Source: a virus (lineage: Duplodnaviria > Caudoviricetes). From it: DNA of 54,248 nt. The stretch is from positions 1 to 54,248 of the IMG/VR virus record IMGVR_UViG_3300046824_000127. The stretch is one strand, 5' to 3'. Shown here in pieces: positions 1 to 7,424 of this stretch. The notes beneath the pieces were generated by a model. That model saw only the letters and a list, made by a program, of their open reading frames with translations. It ran no database searches and had not been told where the DNA came from. Positions within the stretch are counted from its first letter, which is position 1; each line of letters begins with the position of its first letter. The position numbers were made by a program, and so were the translations under genes.

Positions 1-127
1 CAACGACTCCGTCTCCTAGTCCAGTTCCCTTCGACCTGAGCATGTCAATAAACTGCTCAGAAAGGTGCGCATGCCGCACATCAAGGACAAGAACCTCTTC
101 GCCGCGAAGGCGCAGGTCGACGACCTC
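1..127. repeat. Terminal overlap identical to 54122-54248 (circular assembly overlap)
   Basis: Exact 127-nt identity between contig start and end; ORF 53865-54140 and the gene at 71 read through the junction. Confidence 0.97.
24..59 (+). ncRNA. 36-bp pseudoknot-like cis element, copy 2 (same locus as 54145-54180)
   Basis: GTTCCCTTCGACCTGAGCATGTCAATAAACTGCTCA is identical to 53819-53854; GAC/GTC and TGAGCA/TGCTCA pairings cross; followed directly by SD-like GAAAGGT. Confidence 0.55.
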
Positions 128-376
128 AAGGTCGCGGACCTGAAGAAGATGACGATCGAGGAGGTCGCCAAGCTGGCGATCGAGACCGACGTCATCGAGA
201 AGGAGTTGAAGGCTCACGCGAAGATCGTGAAGGACCACGTCAACCAGATCTACGCGCCCATGTGCGCGAAGAAGAAGGAGCTCGAGATCAAGTACGCCTT
301 CCTGAGCGCCAAGCTCGAGAAGGTGAAGGAAGTTAACCCCGCCGTGGGAGCGATCGCCAAGCTCGTCGGTAAGTAA
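71..376 (+). CDS. Hypothetical Lys/Glu-rich helical protein
   Basis: ORF with strong genome-typical codon bias; AAAGGT upstream of ATG. Confidence 0.8.
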   Translation: MPHIKDKNLFAAKAQVDDLKVADLKKMTIEEVAKLAIETDVIEKELKAHAKIVKDHVNQIYAPMCAKKKELEIKYAFLSAKLEKVKEVNPAVGAIAKLVGK

Positions 377-725
377 CAACCGACGCTTCCAGCGATAAAC
401 CACGACAATGTGGTACTACATTCGCGGTCCGCCTGATATTCCGTAACATTACGGAATAAGGTCGAACAACGGCCTCCCGCTGGGTGGGGAGACTCTAATT
501 ATTTATCCCTAGGGTCCACCCCTAACTTCAAGCCCCGTCCCCGGCGGGGAATACTGGCGCGAAGTGTGCGGGAGGGCTATAGCTCCAGAGTGAGGATCTG
601 AGTCGAAATCCATGAGTCTGCGTTGCGTCCTTGACGCGTCGTATCGCCATGCACTGCACGCGCACTCTGGGCCCTAAAACAAAAGTTAGTTTTGTAGGTC
701 CCTATTTTTCTCGATTTCTGCTAGG
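377..725 (+). other. Structured non-coding region
   Basis: Palindrome TATTCCGTAA-CA-TTACGGAATA (437-458); nested stems 473-480/568-575, 482-487/516-521, 533-549 and 585-592/663-670. Confidence 0.5.
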
Positions 726-851
726 ATGGCAGCTATGTTGATTGACGGCTTGATCAGACTGAGAGGCATCAGCCGTGTGGCTGGCCCTCACACGACGGGA
801 CCTGATACAACATACGGAGGCCGTGCTCTAACCGGGCACGGCAGTGATGCT

Positions 852-1163
852 ATGGGTGAAGTCCAGAAGACGACCGAGGGCGTGACGAAGCCGGCGATGA
901 AGGGTGACAACCTGCCGCCGACCAAGAAGAGGCAGATCGAGGCGTTCGTGCCCGAGACGCCCAACAAGACGGCCGACGGCCTGATCGAGTTCCCGTGCTG
1001 CGCCATCCTCGTGTACGCCAACGGGACGCGCATCGTCCTCCCCATCCGCCAGCCGAAGCCGTCGGCCGCGAGCGGGAAGATCAACGCGTGGGGCGGCGGC
1101 AAGATCGCCCTCGAGGACAACACGCAGGTGCAGGTCGGCATCAACCTCACCATCCTCGACTAG
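852..1163 (+). CDS. Hypothetical protein
   Basis: Biased codon usage begins at ATG 852; followed by a long hairpin. Confidence 0.75.
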   Translation: MGEVQKTTEGVTKPAMKGDNLPPTKKRQIEAFVPETPNKTADGLIEFPCCAILVYANGTRIVLPIRQPKPSAASGKINAWGGGKIALEDNTQVQVGINLTILD

Positions 1164-1191
1164 CAGCCAGTGCTAGTCGCTGAGCCTACCA

Positions 1192-1226
1192 CCCACCCAT
1201 TGCAGGGAGACCTGCAATGCGGTGGG
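1192..1226 (+). terminator. Long GNRA-loop hairpin (terminator or processing site)
   Basis: CCCACC-CATTGCAGG-GAGA-CCTGCAATG-C-GGTGGG after a stop codon; no U tract. Confidence 0.45.
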
Positions 1227-1320
1227 CGGTGCCGTTTACGGACCCGTGCCATACGGCTGGGGTCCAATCACCGGGCGGAAGCCCAAGCGGAGGAAAGCCT
1301 CCACAACAGCGGAGTACGCT

Positions 1321-1575
1321 ATGGCCAAGAAGGAAGACGACATCGACCCCGCCCTCAAGCGTTGGGTCACTGCGCACATGCCGGAAAAAGAGGGACCTCC
1401 ACCTGAGAAGGCGGATACGTCCTACACCATCTACGTCTCGAAGAGCGAGGCGGAGAAGATCGCGAAGATCCAGCGACAGTTCGGCACCACCCGTCAAGAG
1501 GTGATGCGGCAACTCCTCCAGGCGGGTCTCAAGCAACTCGGAAAGCTGACTGGATGGTGGACCGATGCCGAATAA
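1321..1575 (+). CDS. Ribbon-helix-helix (CopG-like) DNA-binding protein
   Basis: YTIYVS strand followed by two helices (EAEKIAKIQRQFG, TRQEVMRQLLQAGL); GGAG upstream. Confidence 0.6.
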   Translation: MAKKEDDIDPALKRWVTAHMPEKEGPPPEKADTSYTIYVSKSEAEKIAKIQRQFGTTRQEVMRQLLQAGLKQLGKLTGWWTDAE

Positions 1576-1837
1576 GACCTACTGGGTTGCGGCCCACGAG
1601 CGACGCTATCCCGGCGAAGCCGAACCGCAGTGGATCCTCATCCACGAACAGGCAGACGGTCTCTCTTGTCTCTGTGGTCTACGACCGATGTGGTGGACCG
1701 GAGACCTCGGCAAGGCGAAGTTCATGCTGAAGCGGCAAGCGAAACAGTATGCCGCCAGCCAGTTCGGGGAACTCGAGTGGGACAAGCAGAACCACGTCGC
1801 AGTTCCCGGTGGTCGACTGTGGTTGGTGCGTCCGTGA
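1565..1837 (+). CDS. Hypothetical protein
   Basis: Tightly packed operon ORF. Confidence 0.65.
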   Translation: MPNKTYWVAAHERRYPGEAEPQWILIHEQADGLSCLCGLRPMWWTGDLGKAKFMLKRQAKQYAASQFGELEWDKQNHVAVPGGRLWLVRP

Positions 1838-2103
1838 AGATCTACATCAGGACTCGCCGCCATGCCCTCGGTCCACCGAAGGCATTCACCACTCGCTCGC
1901 AAGCCATGGAAGTCGGTAAGCGCAAGGCTCACTGGCAGAAGCATGGACACTCAACGTGGACCTGTGAGTACGGAACCCGTGCGCACTACACCATCAACGT
2001 GGTGCACCTCGATGGGATCCGAGACACGGACATGGCTGCGATCGAGAAGCTGCGACAGGCGATCGAGCTCATCCGAGACTCGGTCGGAGAGCTGATGTCA
2101 TGA
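1834..2103 (+). CDS. Hypothetical protein
   Basis: GTGA start/stop coupling. Confidence 0.65.
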   Translation: MKIYIRTRRHALGPPKAFTTRSQAMEVGKRKAHWQKHGHSTWTCEYGTRAHYTINVVHLDGIRDTDMAAIEKLRQAIELIRDSVGELMS

Positions 2104-2345
2104 GCCACGATCCACAGTGTGCGAAGTGCCTCGTTCTCGGGGTGCTCTGCTTCATGATCCGAGAGAGGATCCGACTGCGACGAGAGCCTAAGCTAGTTCA
2201 GCTGACGCTCCTCGCATACGACGCCGCGTCAAGCGGGTCTCACTACACTGACGAGCAGCTGATCGAGGGCGCAAGACTCCTCACCAAAGACGGATGCAGG
2301 GTCCGCATGGTGAAGGGAAGGAAGCACCCGTATGGCCGCCCGTAA
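2100..2345 (+). CDS. Hypothetical protein (CxxC)
   Basis: ATGA coupling. Confidence 0.6.
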   Translation: MSHDPQCAKCLVLGVLCFMIRERIRLRREPKLVQLTLLAYDAASSGSHYTDEQLIEGARLLTKDGCRVRMVKGRKHPYGRP

Positions 2346-2529
2346 CCAGTGCTCGCAGTGCATCAAGCGTGCGAAGCTCTGCAAGATGTGCAAGACGTGG
2401 TTGTGCTACGACCACTACGTCAACCACAGCTGCATGATCGACAAGGGTGACCTTGACGATCCATCGGAGAAGGTGCTCGAGTACCAGATCCGCCGCGACG
2501 AGGAGTTGCGGCGAGAGGAGGACCTGTGA
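2332..2529 (+). CDS. Small zinc-finger protein (AN1/B-box-like)
   Basis: CSQC..CKMC..CYDH..HSC. Confidence 0.65.
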   Translation: MAARNQCSQCIKRAKLCKMCKTWLCYDHYVNHSCMIDKGDLDDPSEKVLEYQIRRDEELRREEDL

Positions 2530-2837
2530 TCCCCGGCGAATTCAAAGCAGAGCTCGATCGCATCTGCAAGCTCTTCGCAGACACCGAGCGGAAGCTCAAC
2601 GAGGAGCTGATCATCAAGAAGAAGTTCGAGTGGAAGAGCGAGGCGCTCGAGTACCCGATATACTTCGAGCCTCTCCGAGGTAGGTGGCGTATCTTCTACG
2701 GCGACAAGCCCATCAACGACTGCTCTGCGGTCGAGAAGGTCGACGTCGCCGAGCAGCTCGCGGCGTTCGAAGAGGCGTACATCGTAGATCTCACCAAGCT
2801 CGCCGATAGGGCGAAGAAGGCAGGTAAGCGTGCGTAA
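2526..2837 (+). CDS. Hypothetical protein
   Basis: GTGA coupling, GGAGG upstream. Confidence 0.75.
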   Translation: MIPGEFKAELDRICKLFADTERKLNEELIIKKKFEWKSEALEYPIYFEPLRGRWRIFYGDKPINDCSAVEKVDVAEQLAAFEEAYIVDLTKLADRAKKAGKRA

Positions 2838-3516
2838 GCACACGGTCAACACGATCCTCGCTGCCGTTGCGGCGGACTACTCCGTCGACAACCGTCGCAA
2901 GATCGCCATGAACGAGTTCGCGCAGGACGTCGGTCGGTGGGCCGAGAAGCAACTCGAGTTCATCAGCCCAATGCCACGCCAGGTGTTCGAGTGGTCTACC
3001 AGCCACAAGTGGGACGACGTCGACGAGGCTCGCAAGCGGATCACGGAGCTCGGCGAATCGGCCTCCATCGACCTGTGCAACGGGTATCGGTGGATCGGGC
3101 AGATGATGGACTGGGTGGCGACCCACATGCAGATCAACATGTCCGTGTGCTTCAAGTGTGCGGACCACGCGACGAAGGTCTATGGAAGTCTCCCGGTCTG
3201 CGAGAAGTGCTTCAAGCTCGTGAACCCGGAGCGACCCGTCAAGAAGGAGGAGATCCGCGAGGTCCAGGATCGGATCGCGGCCGTCTTCGCTCAAGCCGCC
3301 AAGCCTCGTCCTTCGCACCGCGAGGTGTGTTCCAACCGGAAGATCCGGCACTCCTTCGTCATCAAGACGCCGACCGGCTTCGTGATGTACGACGGGACCA
3401 CGGTGCCCGAGATGCACCTCGCCGACAAGTGGACTCGCCATGAGGTCGAGATCGAGCGGGCAGTGTTTGACGACCTCGGCACGCCGCTGTCGATCTTCCG
3501 AGTGGTGAAGCCGTGA
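2830..3516 (+). CDS. Hypothetical protein with internal CxxC...CxxC motif
   Basis: CFKC...CEKC; typical codon usage. Confidence 0.75.
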   Translation: MRKHTVNTILAAVAADYSVDNRRKIAMNEFAQDVGRWAEKQLEFISPMPRQVFEWSTSHKWDDVDEARKRITELGESASIDLCNGYRWIGQMMDWVATHMQINMSVCFKCADHATKVYGSLPVCEKCFKLVNPERPVKKEEIREVQDRIAAVFAQAAKPRPSHREVCSNRKIRHSFVIKTPTGFVMYDGTTVPEMHLADKWTRHEVEIERAVFDDLGTPLSIFRVVKP

Positions 3517-3686
3517 GGCACCACATCAAGGTCAAGGCCGGCGACATCCTCGTCATCCAGGTGGACTCCGGCCGCGACTACACTGTCGAGGTCCTGCAGC
3601 ATCTGCTATGGATCTCGCCCGGCATCCCCGAAGAGAACCTCCCGGTCGAGCGGATCTCGATCAGCCACCCGAAGAAGAAGCCGTGA
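3513..3686 (+). CDS. Small hypothetical protein (not in ORF track)
   Basis: MRHHIKVKAGDILVIQV...KKKP fills the gap with GTGA coupling at both ends. Confidence 0.6.
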   Translation: MRHHIKVKAGDILVIQVDSGRDYTVEVLQHLLWISPGIPEENLPVERISISHPKKKP

Positions 3687-3988
3687 GCGAGGGACTGATC
3701 AGCGCAGATCCAGACAACGTCTGGATCTGCGTCTCCCGACGGCGGGAGTACAAGACCCTCGAGCTCAAGTCCACCAAGGACCCGGTGAAGCTCGTCTCAC
3801 AGCTCCACCAGCTCGGGTTCAGGCAGACGTCCGGGAAGTACCGGATGGCCTGCATCTGCACCCACACGAAGAAGGAACGCAAGCGGTTGGGCGGGGATCA
3901 CGGCGCGGACTTCAACCGCCGCGTTCATCCCACGCTCTGCATCATCCTCCCGTGGGAGATCCTACGGGAACTCAGGAGGCTTGGGTGA
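3683..3988 (+). CDS. Hypothetical protein
   Basis: GTGA coupling. Confidence 0.65.
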   Translation: MSEGLISADPDNVWICVSRRREYKTLELKSTKDPVKLVSQLHQLGFRQTSGKYRMACICTHTKKERKRLGGDHGADFNRRVHPTLCIILPWEILRELRRLG

Positions 3989-4272
3989 ACACCATGATGG
4001 TGTGGGTTGTCGAGGGAACTCCGGTCCCAGTGGAGGACGAGTTCTACCGCGACGGTGGGGTGAAGGTCCCCGAATACCGAGTCAGCTACGACTCAGCCCG
4101 CAAGCGGGTGTGGATGTGCGAGTGTCCGCACAATACGTACCGCAAGGTACAGTGCAAGCACATCATCGAATGCCTGCCCGAGCTCCGTCGCCACCAGGAG
4201 ATACTCTCCTGGTGGCACGGGCTCATCAACAGACCACTCACGCCGGAAGACCGGCTTGAGTATCTGTGCTAG
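3985..4272 (+). CDS. SWIM zinc-finger protein
   Basis: YRV...WMCECP-x8-CKHI matches the SWIM CxC-xn-CxH pattern. Confidence 0.8.
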   Translation: MNTMMVWVVEGTPVPVEDEFYRDGGVKVPEYRVSYDSARKRVWMCECPHNTYRKVQCKHIIECLPELRRHQEILSWWHGLINRPLTPEDRLEYLC

Positions 4273-5192
4273 GGATCCACCATCGCCATCAGCAACGCCG
4301 GCGGCGCATTGCGCAGTTCCGGCGGGAGGATCTCATCGGCCATGATCTTCGACCACATCAGCTGCAGCTCCGACTGCAGCCTCAGCTGGAAGTCCCGGCC
4401 CACGTGACACCGGTACACGTAGATCTCCACGGTGTCCGAGTCCACGAGCAGGATCTTGTCGATCCGCCCGGAGATCTCCGACCCCGGTCCGTCGCCCATC
4501 ATCCAGGCGTACATGGCGATCTGGATCGCCCAACGCTCGGACAGGATCTCGAGCGGCTCGATCGCCCTCGCGTGCGGTCCCTCGTCGACCCAGATGGACC
4601 GACCTTCCTCCATCCGCTGGACGTAGCGGTAGGAGTATCCCGGTTCCGGCGTCGCCCTGTTCATCGCGAACGCGCCGCTGGTCTTCCAGTCCGTCACGAT
4701 GCGTCGCCCGCCGTGGAACAGCTCGAGGTCGAGCTTGCCCCAGATCGGGACGCCGTTGACCATGTGGACCTTGTCTGCCGGAGTCACCTCGATGTTGGTG
4801 ATCTGCTGCAGGAGCGTCCGCATCGCCGGCGATTCCTTGTAGGCGTGGTACGCCCGCAACCCCTCCCACAAGACGAGCTGCTCGTACTTGTCGAGCGAAC
4901 CCTTCCGCCCGAGCATGCGGGCTTCGATCCCGTCCTCGAGCATCGTGGGCGAGAGGTCGTGCCTCCCGACGGTCGACGCCAGGTGGTACTTGATGTGGGT
5001 GTCGAACACGTTGCCGACCGCCATCTGCGGGGTCTGCGCGGGTCGCGGTGGCTTGATCTCCGGCGGAGCCAAGTACCGCATCCAGAACCCCACTGGGTTC
5101 TCTCGCCAGAGCATGAAGCTCGTCGGCGAGATGTAACTGGGTTTCCCGTCCGCCTGTTTCGGAGGACCGTGCGATGGAGTGCTGCTTGTCAT
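4269..5192 (-). CDS. PD-(D/E)XK exonuclease (RecB/Cas4-like)
   Basis: YISPTS, GNVFD, GKLD...VTDWKT, QIAMY motifs. Confidence 0.8.
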   Translation of the reverse strand: MTSSTPSHGPPKQADGKPSYISPTSFMLWRENPVGFWMRYLAPPEIKPPRPAQTPQMAVGNVFDTHIKYHLASTVGRHDLSPTMLEDGIEARMLGRKGSLDKYEQLVLWEGLRAYHAYKESPAMRTLLQQITNIEVTPADKVHMVNGVPIWGKLDLELFHGGRRIVTDWKTSGAFAMNRATPEPGYSYRYVQRMEEGRSIWVDEGPHARAIEPLEILSERWAIQIAMYAWMMGDGPGSEISGRIDKILLVDSDTVEIYVYRCHVGRDFQLRLQSELQLMWSKIMADEILPPELRNAPPALLMAMVDP

Positions 5193-5225
5193 GTGTTGCC
5201 TTCCTGTTGTTCGTGCTGCTGTGCG

Positions 5226-6035
5226 CTAGCCGCGCAGGTCGAGCGCGGGCAGCAGAACCCGGATCTCGGCGGCGACGTCGACCGTCCCGAAGCCTCCGGC
5301 CGACAGCTCGAACAGTCGCCTTCGGATGGCTCCCATTCGTTCGTTGGCGTGCCAGCTGGCCTTGGCGTCGCACCGGCTCAGGTGCGGATCGTACAGGATC
5401 CCGAGGACCTGGCAGACGTTCGTGAGCGACCACTTGCCGAAGTGGAGCACGCCGTCCTTCTGCATGTTGTACGCGGTCGTCGCGGTGTCCTGGTAGTGGT
5501 AGTCGAACATCATGCCCCACGGGATGTCGATGCCCGCGTACGTCAGCTGCTTGAGGAACGGGACGTCGAACGGTCCCACGTTGTGGCCGACGAGGTGGAA
5601 CTGCGGCGAGCCGATCGATTTCCACCAGGCGAGCAAGCGTTCCGCGGCCTCCTTGATCGGCACGCCCTCCGAGGGGTTCAGGCCGTTGGCCTGCAACGCT
5701 CTCGGGTGGATGCCCATCGGCATGTCGAAGCGGTTCTTGCGATCGGTGCCGATCACCCGCTGCGAGAAGCACGGACCCGTGGGATGCCACAGGTCGATCC
5801 CCAGAATGGGGTTGAGCTCCGGATCCAACCCTCCGGTTTCGGTATCCAACGCGATGTCCATGACGCGAACCTCCTGAACGTGAACCTCTCTTCCAGCCAT
5901 CCCGATGCCCTCCTCGGCGAGGAGAGACCAAGTCGTCGGGTTGTTGGGACACAACGGCGCGTGCTCTTCAACACGCTCACGGCTCAGATGACTTGTGTGG
6001 TACTCCAACCCACCGCAGCAGTCCAGCCTTCTCAT
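5226..6035 (-). CDS. DEDDh 3'-5' exonuclease (DnaQ-like); alternative start 5861
   Basis: LDTETGG, GHNVGPFDVPFL, H-x4-DA; AGGAGG before the ATG at 5861, ATGA coupling at 6035. Confidence 0.85.
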   Translation of the reverse strand: MRRLDCCGGLEYHTSHLSRERVEEHAPLCPNNPTTWSLLAEEGIGMAGREVHVQEVRVMDIALDTETGGLDPELNPILGIDLWHPTGPCFSQRVIGTDRKNRFDMPMGIHPRALQANGLNPSEGVPIKEAAERLLAWWKSIGSPQFHLVGHNVGPFDVPFLKQLTYAGIDIPWGMMFDYHYQDTATTAYNMQKDGVLHFGKWSLTNVCQVLGILYDPHLSRCDAKASWHANERMGAIRRRLFELSAGGFGTVDVAAEIRVLLPALDLRG

Positions 6036-6424
6036 GGCTTGAACTCCTTCACGGTGTATTTCCACCAGTTGGGCTTCTCGAATAGGAGTGGGTAGTCATG
6101 CATCGTCTCGAGGATCCAGATCCCGACGCCATGCGTCTGGAAGTCGATGAACACCCGGTACTGGTCTGGCGTCAACTTGCCGGTCTTCGGTCGCTTCGTC
6201 TCGATGAAGCGCTGGCCGAACTCCGCGTGCGATGCGAAGACGTCCGGCCAACCGGTCATCGAGTCATGCATGACGGTGATCTTCCTCACCATCCAACCTC
6301 GAGCCATCATGAAGTCGCGGAGCTCGCGGTAATGATCCTTCTCGAGCATCACACCATCTTTACCAGAACCGGCGAGCTTCTGCGGTTGGACCTTGCGAGA
6401 TCCTTTCCTACCCCAGGGGTTCAT
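6032..6424 (-). CDS. VRR-NUC endonuclease
   Basis: GWPD...FIETKRP..GKLTPDQ. Confidence 0.85.
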   Translation of the reverse strand: MNPWGRKGSRKVQPQKLAGSGKDGVMLEKDHYRELRDFMMARGWMVRKITVMHDSMTGWPDVFASHAEFGQRFIETKRPKTGKLTPDQYRVFIDFQTHGVGIWILETMHDYPLLFEKPNWWKYTVKEFKP

Positions 6425-6925
6425 CTATCCCTCCACCGGTCCGATGCGGTAGGCTACGTTGCCGAAGTACTCCACGATGAAGTGCTTCCCTTCCTTGACG
6501 CCATCCACGATGTCAGCCTGATGCTTCAGCACCCAGTTCGAGGAGACGGTCGCCACGCCATCCATTCCGAAGTCGGCAGCCGCGTCCTTGACCTGTCGCT
6601 GGTAGTCGTCCCGCATAACCTTCGTCTCAGCGGGATGCCGCGAACGCCAGCTCTCGTTGGAGGCGTTCTTGCACTTCATGCAATAGGACGTCTCGTAGTA
6701 CTTGTTCCGCCGTCCATCCCAGTGCATCACCGTCTTGAACAACGTACGACCGTGATGCTTGCAGACCTTGTACTTGCTCGGGACCGCGGGCTTCGGTTGA
6801 GGCTTTCCCTCCCGCAGCATCTGCTTCTCGTGGCCGTTCCTCGGCGCGCGAGTCCATCCAGCCTTCTCCCAGTCCTTGAGCTCAGGTTCTGGTCGTACTA
6901 CCCTGGTAGAGACTACAGTTCGCAT
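6425..6925 (-). CDS. Hypothetical protein with zinc-binding motif
   Basis: CKHHG...CMKC. Confidence 0.65.
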   Translation of the reverse strand: MRTVVSTRVVRPEPELKDWEKAGWTRAPRNGHEKQMLREGKPQPKPAVPSKYKVCKHHGRTLFKTVMHWDGRRNKYYETSYCMKCKNASNESWRSRHPAETKVMRDDYQRQVKDAAADFGMDGVATVSSNWVLKHQADIVDGVKEGKHFIVEYFGNVAYRIGPVEG

Positions 6926-7212
6926 TTCTTCTCCCCGCACTTCGGGCACGTCATGTCTCGTATGGTGGCCGCAACCTGGTCACCCTCGGCGAGGTTAGCT
7001 GCGGTATCCTTCTGCAGCTTCCTCAGCTCATCGACGAGCGTCTTGGTTCTTGTCTGGTCGATGCGGAACATGATCATCACGAAGATCCACGCGAAGAAGG
7101 TCACGATCCCTTGCCACACGAAGTGCGCTTCCCAGTATGCCCAACCAGTAAGGCACAGCATGGTTGATAGCAACGCGCCGTTGATGCAGCCTCTCATGCC
7201 GCTGGTCCCCAC
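6913..7212 (-). CDS. Two-TM membrane protein with C-terminal CPKCG
   Basis: Two hydrophobic segments. Confidence 0.6.
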   Translation of the reverse strand: MGTSGMRGCINGALLSTMLCLTGWAYWEAHFVWQGIVTFFAWIFVMIMFRIDQTRTKTLVDELRKLQKDTAANLAEGDQVAATIRDMTCPKCGEKKCEL

Positions 7213-7424
7213 ACGTCCTTCTCGAGGTCATACGGTTCCTCCAGCAAGATGTACGCTGCGCCGCTCTCGGTGCGCATCACCATCTGTGGGGAGTAGATCA
7301 TGACGAGTCCCTGCTTCTCCGCGGCCGAGATGGTCCGACGATCGTGGATCTCCACCAGGGAGACCATGCTCTTCGGGTCATCCAAGTCCCGCAGGAGTGC
7401 AAGCATCCTAGCTCTGGTCGACAT
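7194..7424 (-). CDS. Hypothetical protein (winged-helix-like)
   Basis: AEKQGLV...MRTESG pattern; fills the gap. Confidence 0.5.
   Translation of the reverse strand: MSTRARMLALLRDLDDPKSMVSLVEIHDRRTISAAEKQGLVMIYSPQMVMRTESGAAYILLEEPYDLEKDVWGPAA

Noticed and set aside
574-660. GGGCTATAGCTC resembling a tRNA 5' end
   Set aside because: No T-loop (TTCGA), no matching acceptor stem at tRNA distance and no CCA
4269-5192. Cas4-like nuclease plus repeats as a CRISPR system
   Set aside because: No repeat-spacer array; the 36-bp repeat has only two copies separated by a gene; no other cas genes
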